From the NCBI GenBank assembly GCA_049431185.1, contig JBMTLM010000001.1, positions 1-24,817 of the forward strand: 24,817 bases of DNA, read 5' to 3'. Under the pieces are notes generated by a model that was not told the DNA's origin, did no database searches, and worked only from the letters and a program-made list of their open reading frames with translations. The stretch is from Bacteroidia bacterium. Its GTDB lineage: Bacteria > Bacteroidota > Bacteroidia > AKYH767-A > OLB10. Below, one piece after another: positions 16,283-24,385 of the stretch (position 1 is the stretch's first letter; each line of letters begins with the position of its first letter). The translations under genes were made by a program, and so were the position numbers.

Positions 16283-17641
16283 ATGATGCAATCAAAGTTT
16301 ATAATCGGCATAAACCATTTCATTGCATTGGTGATCGCTCTATGGTGTAGCATCCAACCTTCCAATGCTCAAACCCAACCTAGCATTGGGTTAAGCTCGT
16401 TGCCTGCGGCTGCGGACTCCATTTGTGTCATACCGGTGTATACGGGTAACTTCAACAATACCGGCTTTCAATCAGGCGATACGGTGCCTGATTTTACGCT
16501 TTACGACATCAATGGTGATGCTTTTCAACTTTCCAACGAGTTGTCGTCTGGGGTACCGGTTCTTTTGATATCGTCTTCGCTTACATGTCCCGTATTCCGG
16601 GGTAAAATACCCTTGATCAACCAGATGGATTCTATCTATGGGGGCTTGGTCAAGATTCTTGTCGTATACACCGTAGAGGCGCATCCGGAAATTGATATCA
16701 GCCCTTACAGCGGCAACGTATGGACCACCGGTCAGAACTTCTCTCAAAACATTTTATTCCGTCAACCCGTAACCTATGGTCAGCGTGTTCAAATGGTGGA
16801 TACGCTTTTAGACCTGTATCCCTTGAATGTTGATGTGTTAGTGGACGGACCATGTAACAATTGGTGGCTCAATTACGGACCGGCACCCAACAATGCGTAT
16901 CTGATCCGATCCGATGGCATGGTGGTTGCCAAACATCCATGGTTCAATCAGGCTCCATTGAACATGTATTGTAGCATTGACAGCTTATTGGGTTATAACT
17001 CGGGCATGTGCTCGACATTTGGAAACAACGGTGTGTTTGATTTCGATTTGGACGTCGATAGCACAGAGGCGGGTCTGCCTTTGCAAACCCTGGCTATACA
17101 CGCCACTTTGACCAATCTTTCTACCACCGATAACGTGGTGATGGATATCATCAAGCGACAAGTGAATGTACCTGCTGGATGGCAGACCGCCTTGTGTTCG
17201 GATATCTGTTACGCCAGCAATGTGGATTCGGTACGCATCACTTTGTCTCCATCAACCTCGCAACCGTTCACCTTTTATTTTTACACGGATGCAGTGCCTG
17301 GCCAAGGCATGACTAGGGTGCTGTTCAGAAATGCCAATAATCCTAACAACCGGTTTTTCCAGGGCTTTTACGGCTACACGAACCAAACCGGAGTGGAGGA
17401 GAATCTCATCTCCTCTCCGCTGATTTACCCCAATCCAGCTACAGAGTCAATTTCCGTGGGAGCGGCTACGTTCACACAGTTGCCAATGGCTTACGAAATC
17501 ATCACGGCACAAGGTAAAGAAATCGAATCGGGATTTTGTAACGGAACGGTTTCCGTTAAAAATTACCCAAATGGCCTCTACATTTTGAAATTATCCTTTG
17601 CAGGAAGAATCCATCATCTGACATTTGCCGTTTCAAAGTGA
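16283..17641 (+). CDS. T9SS-secreted protein: signal peptide, deiodinase-like thioredoxin fold, Ig-like domain, CTD
   Basis: PDFTLYD...PVLLISSSLTCPVF...LVVYTVEAHP...QRVQMV...VLVD...YGPAPNNAYLI; middle domain WQTALCSDICY; CTD IYPNPATE...NGLYILKL. Confidence 0.82.
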   Translation: MMQSKFIIGINHFIALVIALWCSIQPSNAQTQPSIGLSSLPAAADSICVIPVYTGNFNNTGFQSGDTVPDFTLYDINGDAFQLSNELSSGVPVLLISSSLTCPVFRGKIPLINQMDSIYGGLVKILVVYTVEAHPEIDISPYSGNVWTTGQNFSQNILFRQPVTYGQRVQMVDTLLDLYPLNVDVLVDGPCNNWWLNYGPAPNNAYLIRSDGMVVAKHPWFNQAPLNMYCSIDSLLGYNSGMCSTFGNNGVFDFDLDVDSTEAGLPLQTLAIHATLTNLSTTDNVVMDIIKRQVNVPAGWQTALCSDICYASNVDSVRITLSPSTSQPFTFYFYTDAVPGQGMTRVLFRNANNPNNRFFQGFYGYTNQTGVEENLISSPLIYPNPATESISVGAATFTQLPMAYEIITAQGKEIESGFCNGTVSVKNYPNGLYILKLSFAGRIHHLTFAVSK

Positions 17642-17812
17642 TTGTGAAAAATAAAATATCGAGTGATTATTAAGCAGGTATCCTTACTTTTAAATTCCCC
17701 AAAAGAAAAATTCAAGTTGTTTATAAATTATTTTCGGCATTAAATTATCTAAATGGGTTTGGGAAATTCCTGGGTTGTTTGTAATTAAGTGTTTTTTTAA
17801 AAAGGTATGAAT

Positions 17813-18188
17813 ATGAGTAAATCAGCGAAAAGTGTTTTTAATTTTTGGGATATATTTAGCTTTTAGCGGACTGATGCTTTTGCTAGTGCCCAATGCTTTA
17901 ATAACTCCATTTGGCATAGAGCCAACGAATGAGGTTTGGATAAGACTTTCGGGGATTTTATTAATGGCTCTGGCAGTATACTATTATCTCGGGGCGAAGT
18001 ATGAAATCACCGTGATCATGAAGGCAACAGCTTTTATTCGCTTATCAATTATTTTTTTCTTTTCCGCGTTTGCTTTTTTTAATCTGGTCTCACCGAACAT
18101 CATATTTTTTTCCGCCGTAGACTTTTTGGGAGGTATTTGGACGCTGCTCATGTTGAATAAAGAAGGACACTTCGCACAACGGAAATAA
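17813..18188 (+). pseudogene. Small four-TM membrane protein gene with an apparent +1 frameshift near its 5' end (or an assembly error)
   Basis: ATG 17813 reads MSKSAKSVF and then stops at 17864-17866. The +1 frame (17832-18188) carries IFGIYLAFSGL...TNEVWIR...VDFLGGIW. Removing one base in gtttttaatttttggg joins the two frames. Confidence 0.6.
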
Positions 18189-18345
18189 ATCGATTTTCAA
18201 AAAACGAAAGCACTAAAAAATGCCACCGGCTCTGACCACCAAGGTCTGTTTTGTGATTGGAAAACGTATTTGTAATATTCGAAAAGGAAGTGCTATGATT
18301 AAAATTCATAGCAAAATGTTCAACCTTTCGGATTAGCTCAAAAGA

Positions 18346-19302
18346 TTAAGTCAGAACGGTTGCTCTATCTGCCGGCGATGTTTCTGCATAGCCACTTAGC
18401 TCATGAAAGCGATCCATCAGTAATATATGGGGCAGGGTGATGATCGAAAGAAACATGAAGCCGATGCCGGTTTGTGCAGCCATGGAGCTGTCTTTTAAAA
18501 AGTACAAACCAATGAAGATGCCGGCCAGACTCGCAATTGTATAGGGTGCAACATTGACCAGGTGTTGGATGATGCCGTAGTTCAACTTGTTTTTTTTCAT
18601 AAAATCGATCTGCTTCACCATGGATGGTATGGCATGCCATAAGGAAAAGTAAACGGCAAACCCCACTAGCAATGGCGTTGAAATGAACACGGTCAACAGG
18701 ATGGCCCAATGCATCAACTCTTGTAGTCCGTGGCTTAACTCCATGTTTTTGGTGGCCAACAACGCTAACAAGTAAATTCCATAAATTCCTCCTGTCCCAT
18801 ATGCCAACATTCGACAGGTTTCGAAGTTCACGGCCATGTCGATCTTGTTTCCTAACAATGTTTTGATGATGGGCCATGCGGCTTCCATATCAGCTAGTAG
18901 CGGAGTGGCCAATACAAATACCCCTGACATGAAGAAGGAGTAATATTTTACGGAATTCGATCTCCATTTGATTCCGGCCAGGTTTTCTTGTCCGAAATGA
19001 TAGAATGAAACAAGGATGAATATCAAAAATGAGATATGGGGAAACAAATACCAAAGGAATCCGTAGCCAGCCATTACACCCAGGTAGGCCGCATAGAATC
19101 GTAATCTGAGTTGCTTTTGTTGAACGGCCGATTTTTTAATCAGGGCAAAAAACAACAAGTGGTCGGTGGCGCCATGTGGAATGCCCACCAGGCAAATCAG
19201 GGCGATTGAAAAAAGGAAAAATCCATGATCGCTTAACGCGGATGTAAATACGCTTAAAATGATTACGGCCAGTGTTAAGGTTCTTCTGATATGGATTTCC
19301 AT
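18346..19302 (-). CDS. blh: Brp/Blh family beta-carotene 15,15'-dioxygenase (retinal synthesis)
   Basis: GIPHGATDH, HFGQ, FSLWH and ITLPH histidine motifs; polytopic membrane protein immediately downstream of the rhodopsin. Confidence 0.93.
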   Translation of the reverse strand: MEIHIRRTLTLAVIILSVFTSALSDHGFFLFSIALICLVGIPHGATDHLLFFALIKKSAVQQKQLRLRFYAAYLGVMAGYGFLWYLFPHISFLIFILVSFYHFGQENLAGIKWRSNSVKYYSFFMSGVFVLATPLLADMEAAWPIIKTLLGNKIDMAVNFETCRMLAYGTGGIYGIYLLALLATKNMELSHGLQELMHWAILLTVFISTPLLVGFAVYFSLWHAIPSMVKQIDFMKKNKLNYGIIQHLVNVAPYTIASLAGIFIGLYFLKDSSMAAQTGIGFMFLSIITLPHILLMDRFHELSGYAETSPADRATVLT

Positions 19303-19412
19303 GTTGGAGATGATTTGGGACTGAAACGTTAGTCGTTGTTTACATTCAACAAGCCTTTGCTTCTGTCATCAGCAAGCTTATACATCCAATTAAGCCAATG
19401 ATAAATCAGTCT

Positions 19413-19463
19413 AAAAAAATTAAAGCCGTATGTTCATGAAGTTTTTAGAACATACGGCTTTAA
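19413..19463 (-). terminator. Intrinsic terminator between proteorhodopsin and blh
   Basis: Perfect 16-bp stem ttaaagccgtatgttc / gaacatacggctttaa (19420-19435 and 19448-19463), followed on the minus strand by T7 (a-run 19413-19419). Confidence 0.85.
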
Positions 19464-19476
19464 AGGTTTTACAAGA

Positions 19477-20193
19477 TTAGTCTTCAGAGCGGGTTAACGC
19501 ATAGATAACCAAACCAAATCCGATTTTATTTACAGCATCGGCGATGTTATAAACGATATCCATGGCATGCGATGCAGCTGCAGGGTCAGCAACCAATTGG
19601 ATGCCGAACAATCCACCTGGAGTGCCCAAGATATATCCCAATGGATAGATGGCCCAACCAACGAGGACGAACCATGCCAAAGTACGGGTTGCCTTAGCCA
19701 CTTGTGGTCCGGCGTTGTTAGCCAATTTAGCTACCTCACCAAACCAGATCAGGTACACGATGTAGAAGTAAGCGGCGCCGGAGATCACACCCCACAATAC
19801 GCTGCTGTCACGATCGATGGTCTCGCCGAAATAACCGGTAACCAACATCACCAGGGAAGCTGCAATCAGTTTCCAGAGCAACGCGATTTTAGCACCAGCC
19901 TTGCGGGTGATCAAATAGAATTCCACACACATCAACGGCACGGTAAGTATCCAATCTACATACCGGAAAAAGGTTGGAGACTCACCTGTTTCCAGATTAT
20001 AGCCTCTCATGTAATAATAGTGTACTGCCGCGATGAAGGTGATCAGACCTGATACCAATACGGAGGTACGCCATTTTTGCGACGTGTTGCTCAACTCAAA
20101 GAAGAAGAACACAGAAGCCGCCATCATAGCCATGGTACCTATGAAGAAGGTAAAGGCTACGTAGTTGTCACTACCAATTGTTAAATGTTCCAT
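19477..20193 (-). CDS. prd: Proteorhodopsin, DTE outward proton pump, green-tuned
   Basis: 7 TM; H58; RYVDWILTVPLMCVEF gives R77, D80, T84, M88, E91; WAIYPLGY; DAVNK gives D219 and the retinal-binding K223. Confidence 0.96.
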   Translation of the reverse strand: MEHLTIGSDNYVAFTFFIGTMAMMAASVFFFFELSNTSQKWRTSVLVSGLITFIAAVHYYYMRGYNLETGESPTFFRYVDWILTVPLMCVEFYLITRKAGAKIALLWKLIAASLVMLVTGYFGETIDRDSSVLWGVISGAAYFYIVYLIWFGEVAKLANNAGPQVAKATRTLAWFVLVGWAIYPLGYILGTPGGLFGIQLVADPAAASHAMDIVYNIADAVNKIGFGLVIYALTRSED

Positions 20194-20414
20194 TTTGTTA
20201 AAGTTTTAGATTAAGACATTTCAACAAAACGAAAATCTAAATTGTTTTACTGATTTTTGACATAAACCCTGACAATTCCTTTAAAAGATTGGACTATTGC
20301 CTTAAAAATATTTTTTGTAGTTGGATGTGGAATCTGGTTTCATTAGCCATCTAATGTCCATTGCATCGTAGTCATCAGGTGCTCAACGGACCAATTCACT
20401 TAAAAACCAATAAC

Positions 20415-22091
20415 ATGAGAAAGCTCATCATTTCAATCGCTTGGCTGTTATCAGCCACCATCGCATTCGCTACCGAGAAACCTGTTAAATCAACGGTGGA
20501 ACGCGTCACCGTATTTACACAAGGCGCACAAGTCTTCCGATCCGCCAACATAACTGCAGGTTCAGGCATCACCCATTTGGTATTTACCGGCATCACCCAG
20601 GACATCAACCCGCAAAGCATTCAGGCTGGAGGTAAAGGTTCTTTTATCGTGACTGACGTCAAGCATCGCATCAAATACCCCGAACCAATCAAGCAAAAGC
20701 CGGTACCCAAGGAAGTCACCGCTGAAATCGAGAGCTTGGAAGACACGCTGACGGAGCTTGGTTTCCGAAAGTTTGAAATCGAAGATCGGTTAGCCGCTTA
20801 TCAATTGGAGAAAGACATGATTTGGAAGAACAAGTTGACCAAAGGAGAAGGCAAAAGCGACTCATTGGAAGTGTTGATTGGCGCCATGGATTTTTTTCAT
20901 AAAAGGCTTGGTGAACTGAACACCCTCATCGGCAAAGCCAAAAGGGAACAGTTTAAAAACAACACCGCCATCAACGAAACCAACACCAGGCTGCAAGAGC
21001 TTAGGGCGTATAAACAAGATACGGATCCGGATAAACCGTATGTGGCCGAAAACCAAGTCGTGGTGACCATCAGTGCTGATGCACCCGCCTCCGGCACGGT
21101 TGAAATCAGTTACATGGTATCAGGAGCGGGTTGGACTCCATCCTATGATTTGCGCGCCACAAACACTACAGAGCCCATCAAGATTCTATATAAGGCCAAT
21201 GTGTTTCAAAGTACGGGTGAGGATTGGAAAAATGTTCGAATGAAGCTCAGCACTTCCAATCCCAATCGCAGCCATATCAAACCCTCACTGCCTATATGGT
21301 ATATCAATTATTACACCGCCACCCGACAGGTTACCATTGCCGGTTCCGCCAGGGGTGCAAGACCGCAATCCACAGACAATGCAAACTATATTTCCGGTGA
21401 AGAAGAACGGGCTTTATCCAAACAACTGAGCGATCTCTCTCCGGCACAATCTGCAGCCAATTATTCCCAAATGGTAGAGACCATGGCCAATGTGGAGTTC
21501 GACATCAAGTTGGATTATGATGTTCCATCCGATGGCATCAGTCACATGGTGGCCATCAAATCCGAGAGCCTGCCAGCCAAATACATCCATTATCTCGTTC
21601 CCAAAGTCGAGAGTGAAGCCTTCTTGTTGGCGCGTGTCACTGGATGGGAAAACCTGAACCTGTTACCCGGCAGTGCCAATCTGTTTTACGACGGCACGTA
21701 TGTGGGACAAACCGTCATCAATCCAAATGTCATCAACGACACGCTCGATCTGGCCATGGGTCGCGACAACGCCATCACGGTGACCCGCACCCGACTGAAG
21801 GATAAGGAAGGCAATAAGCTGTTGGGTCCTGAAATCACACGCACCATTTCCTACGAATTGCGCGTGAAAAGCAACAAAAGCAAACCGATCAACTTGGTGA
21901 TGGAAGATCAAATCCCTGTTTCCAACAACAAGGATATCAAGGTCGAAATAAAGGACGAGGGTAAAGCCGATTATAATCTGGCAACGGGAGGATTGAGATG
22001 GGATATGAAACTGGATGGCCTTACCACCAAATCCGTCAAATTCGTTTACGAAGTCACACACAACAAGGATATGCCTTTGAGCATGTATTGA
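20415..22091 (+). CDS. DUF4139/DUF4140 domain secreted protein (MuiA-like)
   Basis: Signal peptide; VTVFTQGAQV, coiled coil, SYMVSGAGWTPSYDLR, QSTGEDW, LSTSNP, LLPGSANLFYDGTYVG, DQIPVS. The ATG at 20415 is preferred. Confidence 0.88.
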   Translation: MRKLIISIAWLLSATIAFATEKPVKSTVERVTVFTQGAQVFRSANITAGSGITHLVFTGITQDINPQSIQAGGKGSFIVTDVKHRIKYPEPIKQKPVPKEVTAEIESLEDTLTELGFRKFEIEDRLAAYQLEKDMIWKNKLTKGEGKSDSLEVLIGAMDFFHKRLGELNTLIGKAKREQFKNNTAINETNTRLQELRAYKQDTDPDKPYVAENQVVVTISADAPASGTVEISYMVSGAGWTPSYDLRATNTTEPIKILYKANVFQSTGEDWKNVRMKLSTSNPNRSHIKPSLPIWYINYYTATRQVTIAGSARGARPQSTDNANYISGEEERALSKQLSDLSPAQSAANYSQMVETMANVEFDIKLDYDVPSDGISHMVAIKSESLPAKYIHYLVPKVESEAFLLARVTGWENLNLLPGSANLFYDGTYVGQTVINPNVINDTLDLAMGRDNAITVTRTRLKDKEGNKLLGPEITRTISYELRVKSNKSKPINLVMEDQIPVSNNKDIKVEIKDEGKADYNLATGGLRWDMKLDGLTTKSVKFVYEVTHNKDMPLSMY

Positions 22092-22112
22092 TGATCACGA
22101 CTTTGTTTTTCG

Positions 22113-22150
22113 AGCCGCATGGTTGGTCCACCGTGCGGCTTTTTAATTTT
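22113..22150 (+). terminator. Intrinsic terminator after the DUF4139 gene
   Basis: agccgcatgg / ccgtgcggct 10-bp stem (one G-U pair), followed by ttttaattttttc. Confidence 0.7.
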
Positions 22151-22186
22151 TTCTCATTCACTACCTTTATGTGAAAATTATTGGCC

Positions 22187-22612
22187 ATGTCACCAAGCAT
22201 CAAAAACATCATCTCAGTGGTTGTAGGCCTCTTCGCCGGTGGCACTTTAAACATGGTGATCCTCGGAATCAACGGTACGCTGATTCCCCTTCCTCCAGGT
22301 GCGGATGTTTCTAGCCCTGAGGGATTGGCTCAATCCATCCTGCTGTTTGAGCCCGTTCATTTTTTGGCTCCGTTCCTCGCACACGCCGTTGGCACATTAG
22401 TGGCCGCCTGGGTCGCAACGAGGTTTGCCTCTGCACCAAATTTGTTCCTTTCCATGATTCCTGGAATCTTGTTTTTCCTGGCGGGAACCTACATGGCTGT
22501 CGATTTAAAAGCACCTTTATGGTTTGAGGCATTGGACCTGACTTGCGCCTATATCCCCATGGCATGGATTGGCTATACAATCGTTTCAATGGGACGCAAA
22601 AAACCTTCATGA
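22187..22612 (+). CDS. Hypothetical four-TM membrane protein
   Basis: Hydrophobic 141 aa with PFLAHAVGT and PLWFEALDL...YIPMAWIG motifs; ATG at 22187. Confidence 0.75.
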   Translation: MSPSIKNIISVVVGLFAGGTLNMVILGINGTLIPLPPGADVSSPEGLAQSILLFEPVHFLAPFLAHAVGTLVAAWVATRFASAPNLFLSMIPGILFFLAGTYMAVDLKAPLWFEALDLTCAYIPMAWIGYTIVSMGRKKPS

Positions 22613-22619
22613 GCCCCAA

Positions 22620-23312
22620 TCATTCGGTCTTGTTTTCGTCGTTGGGAGATGGCGTGATCGTTTGATTTTCTTGGATTCGCCAATAGGCATCGGGGCCATC
22701 TTCCACCTCCGCGTCATTTGAAAAATCCCAACTGTACAACGGTCGCTGAGGGCCCTGTTTGCGGAAGGAAATAGACATCAGCAGTCCAGCCAATGAACCG
22801 AACAAATGTCCCTCCCACGAAATCTTTTCAACGAACGGCAACAGACCCCACACCAATCCCCCGTATAAAAACACAACTAACATGGAGAAGGCCATTAAAC
22901 GTGTGTCTTTCCGATAAACACCGCTAAAAAAAAGGAAAACGGTTAGGCCATATACTAGCGTGCTGGCTCCTACATGGTAGGAGGGCCTTCCTCCAAGCCA
23001 CAACCAAAAGCCGCTCAGCAAGTAAACCCATAAGAACACCTTGAATGCCAACGTGGGATAGAAATACCGCATTCCGGACAACAATATGAGGAGCGGAATG
23101 GCATTCGAAAGCAAATGTTCCCAATCGCTGTGCAACAAGGGCATGCAAAGTATGCCCCTTAAACCCGATGTTTTACGGGGAAATACGCCGTAGTCTGATA
23201 AACTTACTTGGGCCAGCCATTCATAGCCCTTAACGGAAAACAGCAACAGCACCAATACCAATCCGGGGAGAAAACTTCGGATGATCAGTTTGAGGTCCTT
23301 GTTGGCAGCCAT
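22620..23312 (-). CDS. Rhomboid family intramembrane serine protease
   Basis: LLHSDWEHLLSN, catalytic GAS in HVGAST, catalytic His in SWEGHLFG. Confidence 0.92.
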   Translation of the reverse strand: MAANKDLKLIIRSFLPGLVLVLLLFSVKGYEWLAQVSLSDYGVFPRKTSGLRGILCMPLLHSDWEHLLSNAIPLLILLSGMRYFYPTLAFKVFLWVYLLSGFWLWLGGRPSYHVGASTLVYGLTVFLFFSGVYRKDTRLMAFSMLVVFLYGGLVWGLLPFVEKISWEGHLFGSLAGLLMSISFRKQGPQRPLYSWDFSNDAEVEDGPDAYWRIQENQTITPSPNDENKTE

Positions 23313-23346
23313 CTAACAAAGGTCAGCGATTCGTGCGAATGTTGGG

Positions 23347-23354
23347 TAAATTTG
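23347..23354 (+). promoter_or_regulatory. -7 element (TAAATTTG) abutting the WD40 gene start
   Basis: TAAATTTG-CGCC-ATG. Confidence 0.55.
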
Positions 23355-23358
23355 CGCC

Positions 23359-24267
23359 ATGAAATTTGAAAAGCACACGGTATTGGCAGGCCACTCGGGA
23401 TCAGTATACTCCTTGTTACCCTTCGGAGCCGCTGGATTATTTACCGGCGGAGGCGATCGATTGGTGGCCCAATGGGATTTGAACCATCCTGAAGAGGGGA
23501 TGATGCTGGCCAAGACCAACGACATCATTTATTCACTTTTGCAGATACCTGATGGACCGCTGTTGGTAGGACAAGCCGCCGGCGGCATTCATGTCATTGA
23601 TACGGTTGCTCGAAAGGAGGAAAGGCTGTTGCAATACCATCGTGCCGGCATTTTCAACATGATGCATCTGCCCGCAAGCAACACCATTTTGACCCTTTCC
23701 GGTGACGGCGAGTTAGGCGTTATGAATGATCAGGATTTGTCTCTACAAAAGATTTATACCTTGGGGGGAGGAAAGCTCAGGGCTATATCCATTCAACTTG
23801 AAAAAGGACTTGTGGCCATTGGATCTGGTGATGGAAGGGTACGTATTTTTTCCCTTACGGGGATGGAAGAGTTGGTCGCATGGCAAGCCCATACCGAACA
23901 GTATTCCGTCAACGCAGTATGCTTTTCTCCGGACGGAAAATGGTTGCTCACGGGTTCCAGGGATGCCCATTTGAAAGTTTACGATATCAACAACGGATTT
24001 GCGTTGGTGAAGGATATCCCTGCCCACAACTATGCCATTTATGCTATTGAATATAGTCCGGATGGAAGTTGCTTCGCCACCGCCAGCCGTGATAAAACCA
24101 TCAAGATTTGGGACCCGCATAGCCTGGAGGTTTTGCAAAGGATCGACAAGGAGCGGGAGGGTGGACACGTGAATTCCGTCAACAAGTTGGTTTGGCATCC
24201 ACATAGCAGTCAGCTCATTTCCGCTTCGGATGACCGGTCTGTTTTGGTATGGAATCGAGTCGATTGA
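23359..24267 (+). CDS. WD40 repeat beta-propeller protein
   Basis: GHSGSVY...TGGGDRLVAQWD, GSGDGRVRIF, AHTEQYSVNAVCFSPDG...GSRD, AHNYAIYAIEYSPDG..ASRDKTIKIWD, GHVNSVN...ASDDRSVLVW; about 7 blades. Confidence 0.92.
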   Translation: MKFEKHTVLAGHSGSVYSLLPFGAAGLFTGGGDRLVAQWDLNHPEEGMMLAKTNDIIYSLLQIPDGPLLVGQAAGGIHVIDTVARKEERLLQYHRAGIFNMMHLPASNTILTLSGDGELGVMNDQDLSLQKIYTLGGGKLRAISIQLEKGLVAIGSGDGRVRIFSLTGMEELVAWQAHTEQYSVNAVCFSPDGKWLLTGSRDAHLKVYDINNGFALVKDIPAHNYAIYAIEYSPDGSCFATASRDKTIKIWDPHSLEVLQRIDKEREGGHVNSVNKLVWHPHSSQLISASDDRSVLVWNRVD

Positions 24268-24273
24268 ATTTCT

Positions 24274-24281
24274 TACATTTG
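24274..24281 (+). promoter_or_regulatory. -7 element (TACATTTG), candidate ruvB promoter
   Basis: Exact match ending 105 nt before the ruvB TTG. Confidence 0.45.
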
Positions 24282-24385
24282 AATGCCGAGCATATGGAAT
24301 TCCGGAAATCTTAAATTTCATACCCAATCGTCCCTCGCAGTAGTGCTGACCACACTGCAGGGTTTAATCGTAAATCATAAATCCC

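Noticed and set aside
16586-16588. Selenocysteine at the deiodinase-like active site
   Set aside because: The codon is TGT (Cys) and the frame has no internal TGA.
18401-20052. 158-aa alternative-frame ORF in blh and 161-aa antisense ORF over the rhodopsin
   Set aside because: They fully overlap strongly supported genes and show no family motifs.
20194-20340. CarH/LitR-like TnnACA repeats upstream of the proteorhodopsin
   Set aside because: TCAACA (20221) and TTGACA (20257) are not in the 11-bp period expected for CarH operators.
24295-24308. Overlapping palindromes GGAATTCC / TTCCGGAA upstream of ruvB as an SOS box
   Set aside because: They do not fit the GGA-N5-TCC motif I recall for Bacteroidota LexA and are too short to be significant.
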